From: Elusimicrobiota bacterium
GTDB taxonomy: Bacteria > Elusimicrobiota > Elusimicrobia > Elusimicrobiales > UBA9959
Direction: 5' to 3'
Assembly: GCA_012517285.1 (NCBI GenBank)
Contig: JAAYVG010000005.1
Coordinates: 6,304 to 70,303 of the forward strand
DNA: 64,000 nt
The notes beneath the pieces are model-generated. The model was given only the letters and a program-made list of their open reading frames with translations, was not told where the DNA came from and did not search any database. Below, one piece after another: positions 27,678 to 38,600 of the stretch; positions within the stretch are counted from its first letter, which is position 1, and the number at the start of each line of letters is the position of its first letter. The position numbers and the translations under genes were made by a program.

Positions 27678-29936
27678 ATGAATGATAAAAACGAAAAAGT
27701 TAATTATTTAGCACTTCATGCACACTTCTATCAGCCTCCGAGAGAAAACCCGTTTACAGGAGAGATAGATTATGAATCATCTGCTAAACCTTATGATAAC
27801 TGGAATCACAGAATAGCTATGGAGTGTTATTTCCCGAACTTGTATGCAAGGATATTTGATGAGAAGGGTGATATAATTGAGATGATAAACAATTATGATT
27901 ATATCAATTTTGATTTTGGGCCAACACTTCTGAACTGGATTGAAACATATTATCCTGAGTATTATTTAAAGATAATCAACTCTGTAAAAAAGATTAAAGA
28001 TGAAACTGGATTTTCTCCTGCAATAGCTCAGGTTTATAACCATACCATTCTTCCGCTTGATAGTTTTGAAAACAGGATAACACAGGTTCACTGGGGTATT
28101 ATGGATTTTAATCACAGGTTTGGATTTTATCCTGATGGTATATGGTTGAGCGAGGCTGCCGTAAATGAGGATGTGCTAAGAATATTAATAGATTATAGAA
28201 TAAAATATGTCATACTTGCACCATATCAGGTTGCTAGTGTCAGAAGTATTAAAACTGGAAAGAATGATACTGTGAAGGCAAACAGGTGTTATATTTGGTA
28301 TGACAGGGATGGAAAGAAAAATAAAATTTCTAACAGAAGTATAAATATATTTTTATATGATGGAGAACTTTCAAAAAAAATATCTTTTGAAAACATAACA
28401 TTCAAGTCGGAGCTGTTTTCAAAAGAAATAAGTATGAGATATGGAACTGATAATGAAAACTTTATACTTGCTGCTACTGACGGAGAAACATTTGGGCATC
28501 ATCATAAATTTGCTGATCTGACGCTTTCACATTCTTTTAAATATGAACTCAAAAAATTTAATATAAAGCCAATAAATCTTTCATCATATCTTTCAATGTT
28601 TAGGCCAGAGTTTGAGGCAGAACTTTCAGCTGGGCCTGATGGCGATGGTACGAGCTGGAGCTGTGCTCACGGTATAAGAAGGTGGAAGGGTGGGTGTAAT
28701 TGTGGTGATGAGGGAATTTATGATACATCGTGGAGGTTTGGTTTGAGGGCAGCAACAAGGTGGCTTGGTGAAGTTTTGGGTGATATATACGGCGAGGAGG
28801 GAAAAAAGATTTTTAAGGATCCGCTTATAGCAAAAAAGAATTATATAGATGTTATGAGGCGAAAGATATCGTTTAATGATTTTCTCGCTGAAAATCTTAT
28901 TGATAAGACTGATGCTAATTATGATAAAGCAAAGAAGCTTCTGCTGATGATAAAGTATCAAAATTTCTCAAATACAAGCTGTGGCTGGTTTTTCAATGAC
29001 ATATCAAGGATTGAAACACAGCAGAATATGAGATATGCTTCAAAGGCAATATCAATAGCTGAGAGCTTTGGTTATAGAGGAATAGAAAAGGGCTTTGTTT
29101 CACTTTTAGAGATGGCTAAATCAAACTTCAGTTTTAAAGGGATGGGAAATGGAAGGGAGATATATGAGAATTATGTCAAAAATGAAGAGGCAGATAAAAA
29201 TGTAATAGATGCTTACCTGTGTATAAAAACTTTGCTTATGGAACTGCCCGATTATCAAAACCTTCTTTATAAGATAAAAATTGATAATAAAACTGAGATA
29301 TCTGATGATGAAATATACTTTTATTCTGTGATAGACGAAATAGAGATGTGTGATGAAAGGAAAATAAATATTTATTTCAATTTTAAGAATCTTGATGATA
29401 TCAAAATAATTTTAAAATACGGAGATATGGAACAGGATTTTTATAATAAGAATGATGCTGTTAAGGTAGAATTTAACAGCCTTACAAGAAAGATGAGGTT
29501 TGAGATATTTAAATTGTTGCTGTTGATTAGGAGACAAAAAAATATTGATACTTTAAAAGAAGGTTTTGATAACTTTTATTCAATTATAAGACTTGATAGA
29601 AATCTGTACGGTGAAGAGATAGATGATGATTTAAAGTATTACTATAATCAGCTTATGAATGTTTATATAATAAAGTTTTTGAAAACTGGTGATATGAGCT
29701 TCATAAATGATATGGATGAGATGATATCGCTTTTAAAGGATATTGATTTTAAAGCTGATTACAACTTTTCGAGTGATATTTTGATAATGATGCCCTATTT
29801 ATTAAAAAGACTTTTTAATGACTATTCATATGATGATATCATTAAAATAAAAAAGACCTTTAACAAACTCAATCTATCTCCTCTTATATTTCATGTCGAT
29901 AACGCAGCTTTTGAAAAAAATTTATTGAAGGCATAG
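27678..29936 (+). CDS. GH57-family glycoside hydrolase with DUF3536
   Basis: HAHFYQPPRENP, FDFGPTLL, GIWLSE, ATDGETFGHH, SWSCAHG..RW and TSCGWFF motifs. Confidence 0.92.
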   Translation: MNDKNEKVNYLALHAHFYQPPRENPFTGEIDYESSAKPYDNWNHRIAMECYFPNLYARIFDEKGDIIEMINNYDYINFDFGPTLLNWIETYYPEYYLKIINSVKKIKDETGFSPAIAQVYNHTILPLDSFENRITQVHWGIMDFNHRFGFYPDGIWLSEAAVNEDVLRILIDYRIKYVILAPYQVASVRSIKTGKNDTVKANRCYIWYDRDGKKNKISNRSINIFLYDGELSKKISFENITFKSELFSKEISMRYGTDNENFILAATDGETFGHHHKFADLTLSHSFKYELKKFNIKPINLSSYLSMFRPEFEAELSAGPDGDGTSWSCAHGIRRWKGGCNCGDEGIYDTSWRFGLRAATRWLGEVLGDIYGEEGKKIFKDPLIAKKNYIDVMRRKISFNDFLAENLIDKTDANYDKAKKLLLMIKYQNFSNTSCGWFFNDISRIETQQNMRYASKAISIAESFGYRGIEKGFVSLLEMAKSNFSFKGMGNGREIYENYVKNEEADKNVIDAYLCIKTLLMELPDYQNLLYKIKIDNKTEISDDEIYFYSVIDEIEMCDERKINIYFNFKNLDDIKIILKYGDMEQDFYNKNDAVKVEFNSLTRKMRFEIFKLLLLIRRQKNIDTLKEGFDNFYSIIRLDRNLYGEEIDDDLKYYYNQLMNVYIIKFLKTGDMSFINDMDEMISLLKDIDFKADYNFSSDILIMMPYLLKRLFNDYSYDDIIKIKKTFNKLNLSPLIFHVDNAAFEKNLLKA

Positions 29937-29945
29937 GATTATAAT

Positions 29946-31067
29946 ATGGAATTTTTACTTGTTGATGATAATGATAAATTGAACGAAATTATAAAATATC
30001 TTTCAGAATCAAGGTATATTGCTATAGATACTGAGTCCGATGGACTTTACTCATATGAGGAAAAACTCTGTCTCCTTCAGATAGAAACTGGTGGGAGGAT
30101 ATTTCTTATAGATCCATTCTTTGTTGACATATCACCATTGAAACAAATTTTTGAATCTGAGAGCATTGAAAAAATACTACATTCAGCGTACTCTGATATA
30201 TCTATGATAAAAAAGAATCTTGACTGTTCATTTAAAAATATATTTGATGTTATGATAGCCTCAAAATATGTTTTTAAAAAAGCAGTATCGCTTTCAAACC
30301 TTGTTTCAAAATATTTTAATGAAAAACTTGAAAAAAAATATCAAAAGGTTAACTGGGGGAAGAGACCCTTTGACGAGAACTATTTAAAGTATGCAGGTAT
30401 GGATGTGTTTTACCTGAAAAAGTTGAGGGATATGTTTTATGACGAGCTCGTAAGACTTAATTTCTATGATGAGTTTAAGTATAGCTGTGAGAGCATATCA
30501 AAGGTGGAAAAAAGGGAGAATTTGTTTAGTATTGATAAGTATGTTAGCATGGCATACACATATTCGCTTGATGAGCTTGAAATGAATATCTTCTTGAAAA
30601 TGATAATTGAAAGGGAGGGCATAGCAAAAAGAATAGATGTGCCTCCATTCAAGATTGTTACCAATGAGCTTTTGATTTACATCGCAAGGCATCACAGAGA
30701 AATATTATCTGCTAATGACATGAAGCTCTACAACAGATCAATATCAAGGAATATAGACTGGATAAAAGATTCAATACAATCAATTTTAAACGGTGAAAAA
30801 CTAGTTCATAAAAACTTATGCTCTGCTTCAAGGCCTGATGATAAATATGAAATAAGGCTTAAACTCCTTAAAAAATGGAGAAGGGATATGGCTCTCGAAA
30901 AAAATATTTTATGTGAACTTGTGGTGGATATAGGATTGCTCAAGCAGCTGGCAAAGTTCGATGAAATAGACTTAGAAAAGCTCAAAACTCTTGGTCTTGA
31001 TGAAAAAAGGCTCTCAACCTATGGTGAAAGTCTTATTAATTTTTTTAATTCCAATCTGAAAAATTAA
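29946..31067 (+). CDS. rnd: Ribonuclease D-like 3'-5' exonuclease with HRDC domains
   Basis: AIDTE, LCLLQI, HS..SD, W.KRP and YAGMDV DEDD motifs; HRDC-like C-terminus. Confidence 0.85.
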   Translation: MEFLLVDDNDKLNEIIKYLSESRYIAIDTESDGLYSYEEKLCLLQIETGGRIFLIDPFFVDISPLKQIFESESIEKILHSAYSDISMIKKNLDCSFKNIFDVMIASKYVFKKAVSLSNLVSKYFNEKLEKKYQKVNWGKRPFDENYLKYAGMDVFYLKKLRDMFYDELVRLNFYDEFKYSCESISKVEKRENLFSIDKYVSMAYTYSLDELEMNIFLKMIIEREGIAKRIDVPPFKIVTNELLIYIARHHREILSANDMKLYNRSISRNIDWIKDSIQSILNGEKLVHKNLCSASRPDDKYEIRLKLLKKWRRDMALEKNILCELVVDIGLLKQLAKFDEIDLEKLKTLGLDEKRLSTYGESLINFFNSNLKN

Positions 31068-32842
31068 CGTCGGCTTAAAAAAAACTTTATCAACTCTGTT
31101 CTTTTTGCTATTTTCAATGCCTTTATTATGAGTGGAATATTTTCTTTTTTAAAATATTGCATCAATGCCCTGTGCATCTTTCTTTCTGATTCGAGAACTG
31201 GAACATATATCTTTTCTTTTGTAAATGGATCCATACCAGTATAATAAATAGCTGTTGCATATTCTGATGGGGCAGGTAAGAAATCATTTATCTGAAGTGG
31301 TCTGAGATTGTGCTTCTTCATAAACACTGCCATATCTATAGCATCATCAAGTGTTGTTCCAGGAAACGCTGATATAAAATATGTTATAAGATACTGTTCC
31401 TTTCCTGCTGACTTTGAATAGTTATCAAATATCCTTTCAAACTCAATGAATGTCTCTATGGGAGGTTTTTTCATTATATCAAGAACTTTTTTCTGTGTGT
31501 GCTCTGGTGCAACTTTAAGATATCCGCTTGTGTGATTTATTGCTATCTCTTTTATATATTTTTCCTCAGCTGTTGCTATATCCATCCTTATACCGCTTGC
31601 AACAAATACTTTCTTTATATTTTTATAATTTGAAACCTCTTTCATAAGCTCTATGAGTTTTTCTGAACTAATGTTAAGATTTGAACATATAGATGGGTGA
31701 AGGCAGGATATCCTCTCACATCTTTTGCAGATCTCAAAGTTTTTTCCACCTGTAAAATACATATTTGCTGATGGGCCACCTATGTCAGAGATGATAATAT
31801 TTTTTTTATTGTCTGATAATTTTTTAATCTCTCTCATAACAGAGCCTATGCTTCTTGACTGTATAAATTTTCCTTGATGATGCGATAGTGAGCAGAATGA
31901 GCATCCACCGTAACATCCACGGTGGATTGTTATAGAATTTTTAACCGTTTCATACGCTGGTATCCTTTTCTTATAAATCGGATGGGGGAGATAGTTGAAT
32001 GGCAGATCATATATATCATCAAGTTCTTGCTGTGATAATGGAAATGATGGTGGGTTCTGTATTACAGCCCTTGTATCAGAGGATTGAAGCATGGCCTTTG
32101 CTGAATACGGATTTATATTTTTAAATATCATCTCAGTCATGATTGCAAATTTGAGTTTATCACTCTTGACTTCTTCATATGAGGGTATGATTAAAATATC
32201 ATCTTGAGATTTGTATTTCTCTATTTCTTTTTCACCCATCTTAAAAACAGTTCCTCTTATATCCTTTATATCTTTTATGTTTTCGCCTTTATCAAGCCTT
32301 TTCATTATTTCTATGATTTGTTTCTCGCCCATTCCATAAACAAGCATATCAGCCCTTGAATCAAGCAGTATGGGTCGTTTGACAGTGTTTGACCAGTAAT
32401 CATAGTGGGCAAATCTCCTCATCGTTGATTCAAGACCGCCAGCTATTATGGGGATATCAGGATAAGCCATTCTTGCTATATTTGAAAAAACTATTGTTGT
32501 CCTATCAGGCCTGTTATATCTTTTTCCATCCTCTGAGTAGTCATCCTCTGATCGTGGTTTCTTGTTGTGGGTATATTTGTTTATCATTGAATCCATATTA
32601 CCAGATGATATAGCAAAGCAAAGTCTTGGCCTGCCAAATCTCTTGAAGTCATTTGTATTGTGCCAATCAGGCTGTGAAAGTATTGCCACCCTAAAACCGG
32701 CATTTTCTATCACCCTTCCTATGATAGCCATAGCAAAGCTCGGAATATCCACGTATGCATCTGGTGTTACGAGCACCACATCCACATAATCCCAGCCTCT
32801 TTTTATCATTTCTTTTTCTGTTATTGGTAGAAAATCTGACAT
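31064..32842 (-). CDS. YgiQ / UPF0313 family radical SAM protein
   Basis: DAYVD.PSF, GNMDSM, RRFAHYDYW and CYGGCSFC (CxxxCxxC) motifs. Confidence 0.95.
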   Translation of the reverse strand: MSDFLPITEKEMIKRGWDYVDVVLVTPDAYVDIPSFAMAIIGRVIENAGFRVAILSQPDWHNTNDFKRFGRPRLCFAISSGNMDSMINKYTHNKKPRSEDDYSEDGKRYNRPDRTTIVFSNIARMAYPDIPIIAGGLESTMRRFAHYDYWSNTVKRPILLDSRADMLVYGMGEKQIIEIMKRLDKGENIKDIKDIRGTVFKMGEKEIEKYKSQDDILIIPSYEEVKSDKLKFAIMTEMIFKNINPYSAKAMLQSSDTRAVIQNPPSFPLSQQELDDIYDLPFNYLPHPIYKKRIPAYETVKNSITIHRGCYGGCSFCSLSHHQGKFIQSRSIGSVMREIKKLSDNKKNIIISDIGGPSANMYFTGGKNFEICKRCERISCLHPSICSNLNISSEKLIELMKEVSNYKNIKKVFVASGIRMDIATAEEKYIKEIAINHTSGYLKVAPEHTQKKVLDIMKKPPIETFIEFERIFDNYSKSAGKEQYLITYFISAFPGTTLDDAIDMAVFMKKHNLRPLQINDFLPAPSEYATAIYYTGMDPFTKEKIYVPVLESERKMHRALMQYFKKENIPLIIKALKIAKRTELIKFFLSRR

Positions 32843-32944
32843 AATTATATATTACAAAAAATCTTAAACTTTAAATTTTTACAATTGATTTATATAATTA
32901 TTATATGTTGTAATTTAGAATTTTTTTAACAGGAGTCTTAAACT

Positions 32945-34381
32945 ATGGATTATTGCTCAATCTTAAAAAATCTAACTAGAAAGATATCTGTCCTAATAAT
33001 ATTTATATCTCTCCCTGCCATTTCTTACGCTGATGAAATAGTAAATACGCTTGAAAAAAAGTTTGATACTGCTTTGTTTTCACTTAGTATATCAAAGGTA
33101 TCTGGAGAAAATCTTGTATCGTATAATGCTCAAAAACTATTGATACCAGCAAGCTCTTTAAAAGTTGTTACAACAGTATATGCTATTGAAAAACTTGGCT
33201 TGGATTTCAGATTTAAGACAGAGATAAAATACTCTGGAAAAATAACCGATGGTGTTCTTGATGGAGATCTATATATTGTTGGTGGTGGAGATATGACCCT
33301 CGGCAGCGAAAACTTTGGCTCAAGTATTGATAAAGTATTTAACAATATATATACGGTGCTTAAAAAAAACAATATAAACAAAATAAATGGAAATCTCTAT
33401 GTTGATACATCGCTTGCTAATGATTTTCAGGAAGCCTCTTGGGAGTGGCAGGATATAGGCAACTATTATGCAGCAAGGGTGACAGGGCTATCAATAAATG
33501 ATAACAGCTATAAGATTTATTTTAAAACTGGAAACCGTGCAGGTGAAAAAACTGAGGTTGTTAAAACAGAACCGGATGTGGGTTATAAAATAACAAATCA
33601 TGTCATAACAGGTAATGATGGAAGCGGTGATAACTCTTATATATACTCAAATCCATATATGGACGAGATAATAATAAGGGGAAGTATTGGGAAAACTGAT
33701 AATTTTTTTATAACAAAGGGTTCTATCAATGACCCTCCAAGTTTTTTTGCAAAGAGTTTTTTTGATTATCTTAAAAAAGCAGGCACAGGTATAAAGGGTT
33801 GGTATGTTATTGATAAAAACGATAGAAGTAAAAATCTTAATTTTATGGATGAGATAAAATCTCCGCCACTTTATGAAATCATTCGTATAACAAACAGGAA
33901 AAGTTTTAATTTTTATGCAGAGTCGCTTCTAAGGTATGCTCGAATTAAAGAAAATATTACAGGACTTGATGCAAATATATTTGAATTGAGTGACTTTTTA
34001 AAGAAGGTTGGGGTCAATGACAAAAGAATTGTTGATGGAAGCGGGCTTTCAAGGGGGAATCTTTTTTCAGCTGATGGATTTGTCAAGGTATTAAATTATG
34101 CTTATAAACAACCTTATTTTAGTTATTTTTATGATTCTCTTGGTTCATGGAAAAACAGTGATGTAAAGGGACACATAAAAAAATTTGGTAGCAAAAATGC
34201 TCTTGATATAAAAATCAAATCTGGTTCCTTGAACAGGGTAAGAAGCTATGTTGGTTATATAAATTCTAAGAACAGCGGGTTGCTAAGCTTCTGTTTCATA
34301 ATAAATAATTATACTGTTTTACCTCAAGATATAGATGAGATATTTGAAGAAATTCTTGCCACTGTTTCTGAAAAATATTGA
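32945..34381 (+). CDS. dacB: D-alanyl-D-alanine carboxypeptidase/endopeptidase (PBP4, S13)
   Basis: PASSLK (SxxK), GGGD.TL, SFNFYAE (SxN), DGSGLSR and KSGSL motifs. Confidence 0.95.
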   Translation: MDYCSILKNLTRKISVLIIFISLPAISYADEIVNTLEKKFDTALFSLSISKVSGENLVSYNAQKLLIPASSLKVVTTVYAIEKLGLDFRFKTEIKYSGKITDGVLDGDLYIVGGGDMTLGSENFGSSIDKVFNNIYTVLKKNNINKINGNLYVDTSLANDFQEASWEWQDIGNYYAARVTGLSINDNSYKIYFKTGNRAGEKTEVVKTEPDVGYKITNHVITGNDGSGDNSYIYSNPYMDEIIIRGSIGKTDNFFITKGSINDPPSFFAKSFFDYLKKAGTGIKGWYVIDKNDRSKNLNFMDEIKSPPLYEIIRITNRKSFNFYAESLLRYARIKENITGLDANIFELSDFLKKVGVNDKRIVDGSGLSRGNLFSADGFVKVLNYAYKQPYFSYFYDSLGSWKNSDVKGHIKKFGSKNALDIKIKSGSLNRVRSYVGYINSKNSGLLSFCFIINNYTVLPQDIDEIFEEILATVSEKY

Positions 34382-34418
34382 TTACAATCAATTTAAAAAT
34401 TTAGTAAAATTTTAAGAT

Positions 34419-35273
34419 ATGAATTTTTTAATCTTTTTTATTTTTAATTCTTTTAGTCTTTATTCTCAAAATATTTTTATGGTAACGCCATCTACCTACA
34501 GCCTTATTTTCAGAAATTCTGTGGCAGATGTCAATGTGAAGGATAAATTTACTGCTATCTCAAAGCCACCTTTGCATGAGAATGGCTTTACGTTTGATGA
34601 TTTAGTGACTATAAAGAAAGGTAGCAATGTCAATGAGAATCAGATAAAGGATATAGAGGATGAGGATGAGAATATTGATGTTGATATTATGGAGGCCGTT
34701 GAGCCTGCTCCATTAAATCTTGGTGGAAATGGTAATCTTACAATAATAAGAAGAGACACTGGTGAGAAGGTTGATATAAACTATAGGGACAGAGACGGAA
34801 GTTATGATGAGGATGAGATAGCAAAGGCTTCGTATATAATGAGGTGTTCCTTTGATGATGCTCAGAAGAAAGTCCCAGTCAGGTTGTTGGAACTTTTGGA
34901 TGCCATTGAGGATAAATTTGGTAAAAAACCATTGATACTTTTGAGTGGATATAGAACAATCCCTTTTAATAGTATCACACCTGGCGCGGCAAAGAAAAGT
35001 ATGCATCTTTTGGGATGGGCTGCTGATATAAGGATAAATGGTGTCTCATCAAAGAGGATCAGAGACTATGTAAGGAAGTTAAAGATTGGTGGAGTTGGAT
35101 ATTATCCATCAATGGGTTTTGTCCATGTTGATATTGGTAGGGTAAGATACTGGTATAAGTATCAGTATTCTAAAAAAAAGAGTTATGCTAAAAAAAAGGT
35201 CAGAAATAAAAAAACAGCGGTTTCAAAGAGCAAGTCTTTGCCCAAAAAAATAAAGATATCGGAGCTTAAATAG
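34419..35273 (+). CDS. YcbK/MepK (DUF882, peptidase M15) family protein
   Basis: LSGYR, S.H..G.AAD and GGVGYYP..GFVHVDIG motifs; Lys-rich C-terminal tail. Confidence 0.9.
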   Translation: MNFLIFFIFNSFSLYSQNIFMVTPSTYSLIFRNSVADVNVKDKFTAISKPPLHENGFTFDDLVTIKKGSNVNENQIKDIEDEDENIDVDIMEAVEPAPLNLGGNGNLTIIRRDTGEKVDINYRDRDGSYDEDEIAKASYIMRCSFDDAQKKVPVRLLELLDAIEDKFGKKPLILLSGYRTIPFNSITPGAAKKSMHLLGWAADIRINGVSSKRIRDYVRKLKIGGVGYYPSMGFVHVDIGRVRYWYKYQYSKKKSYAKKKVRNKKTAVSKSKSLPKKIKISELK

Positions 35274-35565
35274 TTATTTGGTTATTTAATCATCAAGATG
35301 AAGACAGATTCATCGAGATGTAAACGGATAAGACATCTGATGAAGACAGATAAATTAGTTATTTAATCATCAGGATGTAAACGGATAAGACATCAGATGA
35401 AGACAGATAAATTGGTTATCTGGTTATTTAGTTGTTTAGTTGTCTGGTTATTTAATGGAAACAGAGGTCAGAAGTCAGATGACAGAAAACAGAAGGCAGA
35501 AGACAGAGCAGGCATGGCGAAGCGGCTTCGGCGTAGGCAGGGACAGAAATCAAAAATCAGAAATA
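35272..35565. repeat. Intergenic repeat mosaic (octamers, five CATCnnGATG ~20-mers, CAGA-heptamers, 33-bp palindrome copy 3)
   Basis: 57-bp-period internal duplication; 35367-35439 is the exact reverse complement of 25014-25086; degenerate palindrome at 35509-35541. Confidence 0.92.
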
Positions 35566-35641
35566 TTAGGAGTTTACTTTTAAAGATTATAATTCTATAA
35601 TATAGTTATAAACAGTAAATATGAGGTTTTGAGGAGGAGGA

Positions 35642-38600
35642 ATGAAAAAAATTTTTTCGTTAATTTCTTTGTTGTTTGTTTCTGTATCTGCTTTTTCATA
35701 CGATAAGATAGATGCTAAGTCTTATCTCGTTGATGCTGCTTTTACTAATGCCAGATCTTTAAGCGTTGATAGCGATATGGTTTATGTATTACTTAACAGC
35801 AAGGTATCTGTTTATTCTTCGACGCTGTCTTATATAAATTCCTTCCCTGTAAACCTTGAGTCACCAGCTTCCATTACAATCGGTGATGGTAAAATATATA
35901 TACTTGATTCTGGAAAATCATCTGTTTCAGTTTATGATAAAAGTGGAAAATTTTTGTTCAACTTTGGTTCTGAGGGCTCTGACAATGGTCAGCTTTTATC
36001 ACCATCCGATATCCTCTATTTCAATGGGAGAATCTTTGTTGCCAACACAAAAAATAAAAAAATAAATGTTTATGATAAGAACGGAATATTTCTTTATGAT
36101 TTTTCTGTTATGTTAAATGATGGCATAACTTACCTGCTCCCTACAAGGATTTCTATCGATCCTTATGGAAATCTTTATGTTGGTGAGTCCAAAAGGAAGG
36201 TTATATTAAAATATGATTTAAATGGGAATTGTATATCAAGCTATGATAGATCAGATTTTCCATTTGCCATAACACAGAATGGTTTGATATATACAGGTAG
36301 CGATGAAGGCAAGGTTAAGGAGTATGACCTTGCTTTTTCACACAGCATGCCATTTGGAACAAAGGGGAAGAATAAATATGAGTTTATGGAGTTCACCGAT
36401 ATAAAGCCTCATGATGGGGGAATATTTGTACTTGATGCTAAAAACAGCAAGATAATATATTTAAAGGTACAGAACAGCTCAGCTCCAAATATTTCAGCTA
36501 ATCGTAGTTTGTGGAAAGAACAGATATCGCTTAACCCAACTGATTCATTTAATATAAAGTCTAATGTCTTTAATATATTAAATGATGGTATAATCTATTA
36601 TCTTAATGACAAACAGAAGGGAGTTTTTGTTCACAGGAAGGATAAGGATGAACTACTTCTTGGCTACGGTGAGGGAAGTAATAAGATCAAAAAGATAAAT
36701 GATATCTTTATTTACGGTGATAAATCATACTTTGCTGATCTTGATGATACTAAAATAAAAGTCTTTGAGAACTTTAAGTATCTTATCAGCTTTGGTGATA
36801 AGGTAGGATTTTTTGGTGGTGGAAAGGATGGAAAGTTCTCAAATCCATCAAAGATTTCTATTGATCTAAATGAGAAAGTTTATGTGCTTGATACGAGCCT
36901 TAATATGATTCAGGTTTTTAACAACGATGGCATATTTTTGTATTCAATAGATCTTGCGTCACTTGATATGAACGGTAAATTCTCAGACATATTTAATGAT
37001 GAGGCTGGAAACCTCTATGCATTATCCTACAGCAGCAAAAAGGTATATGTTATGGATTCCAATGGCAAACTGAGTTCAAGTTTTGATATAAAGGATTCTT
37101 ATAGGCCTCAGTCATTTGCATATGATGGTATTAAATTTATCTTTATACTTGATACAGAGAGATCAAGGGTTTATGTGTATGATAAAACAGGAAACTTCTA
37201 TGCATCATTTTTTGCTAAGGGTGTTACATCAAGAGAGTTTATGAGGCCAGGCAATATAAGGTATAGCAATGGCAGATTGTATATATCTGATGAATCTCTC
37301 GGAAGGATTTCAAGCTTTAAAATTTCATATATACCTGAGATAACCAATTTCAAGATTCTTGGCGAAGATAGTAGGATTAAAATAAGCTGGGATGTCAATA
37401 TTGTGATCAAAAGCAAAGAGATCTTTAGAAGCACTGATAACATAAACTTTACAAGCATTGCAAAACCTGAAAAGAATGAGTATTCTGAGGAAAATCTTCT
37501 CGGTGGTACAACATATTTTTACAAATTAACCGCTACTTCTCTAAGTGGAGATGTCGTATCGGGAGATGTTGTATCATTCTATGTTCAGCCGAAGGAGGAG
37601 GAAAAAACAGAGGTTCTTGAGTCTGCTGATCAGAGTATTAACAACGCAAACAAACCACCACTTGAGATAATAACTGCTGATCTGAAGTATATATTTTCAG
37701 CAAACTATAAATATTATCTTGATAATCCCATAGGAAGCATAACAGTAAAGAACAATACTCAGGATAAGTTTGAGAATATCAAGGTATCGTTCTATCTAAA
37801 GGAGTATATGGATTTTCCTTCCGATATCATAGTAGAGGATCTCCTTCCTAATTCAACGAAAGAGGTAACCATAAAGGCAACCCTTAACAACAAGATCATA
37901 AATATAACAGAGAACACTCCTATTCAGTCTCAGATATCTGTTAAGTATTATTCAGCAGGTGTGGAAAAGGATGTGACACTAAATGTGCCTGTAAAGATTT
38001 TGTCAAAGGATTCCATAGTCTGGGATGATACGAGAAGAATAGCAAATTTTATTACTGTTAAAGATCCTGTTGTCGTTGAAATAGCAAAAAACTTGAATTC
38101 AAAGGTGGATGATATTGATGTAGATGTTGATCCGAGTATAATCACTTTTTCATTTTTTTCAAATTATTTGGCGTCACTTGGAATAAAGTATGTTGAGGAT
38201 CCTGTAACACCGTATAAACTTTCAAAGTCAAGCTCTGATGTTATTATAGATACTGTTCTGTATCCGAGGAATCTTATCAAGATTAAATCAGGTGATTGTG
38301 ATGACCTCACTGTTATGTTTGCCTCTCTCTTTGAGGCTGTTGGAATAAAGACTGTTATAATGGATTATCCTGATCATATCACTCTTATGTTTGAAATAAA
38401 AAACAAAGATCTTTCAAAGATAGGTGTTCCTGAGGATATGATAATAAATTATGATAATTCTTATTATCTGCCGGCTGAGGTTACAATGATTTCAAAGCCT
38501 GTATATGAAAACATATCCTATGCCTCAGCTTTTTATAAAAATAATAAAAATCGTGTCAATTTCTATGATACGAGAGCTGCTCTCACTGTTTATGAGCCTC

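Noticed and set aside
35280-35420. CRISPR array from the regularly spaced CATCnnGATG units (also 25040-25110 and 62850-62930)
   Set aside because: Units are adjacent or separated by repeated linkers, there are no unique 30-40-bp spacers, and no cas genes are in the window.
35397-35600. 67-aa ORF, and similarly 60454-60636, 7488-7670 and 15330-15539
   Set aside because: These are translations of the repeat mosaics (CLPKPLRRRQG, RRSGFGRQA), with no convincing RBS or domain.
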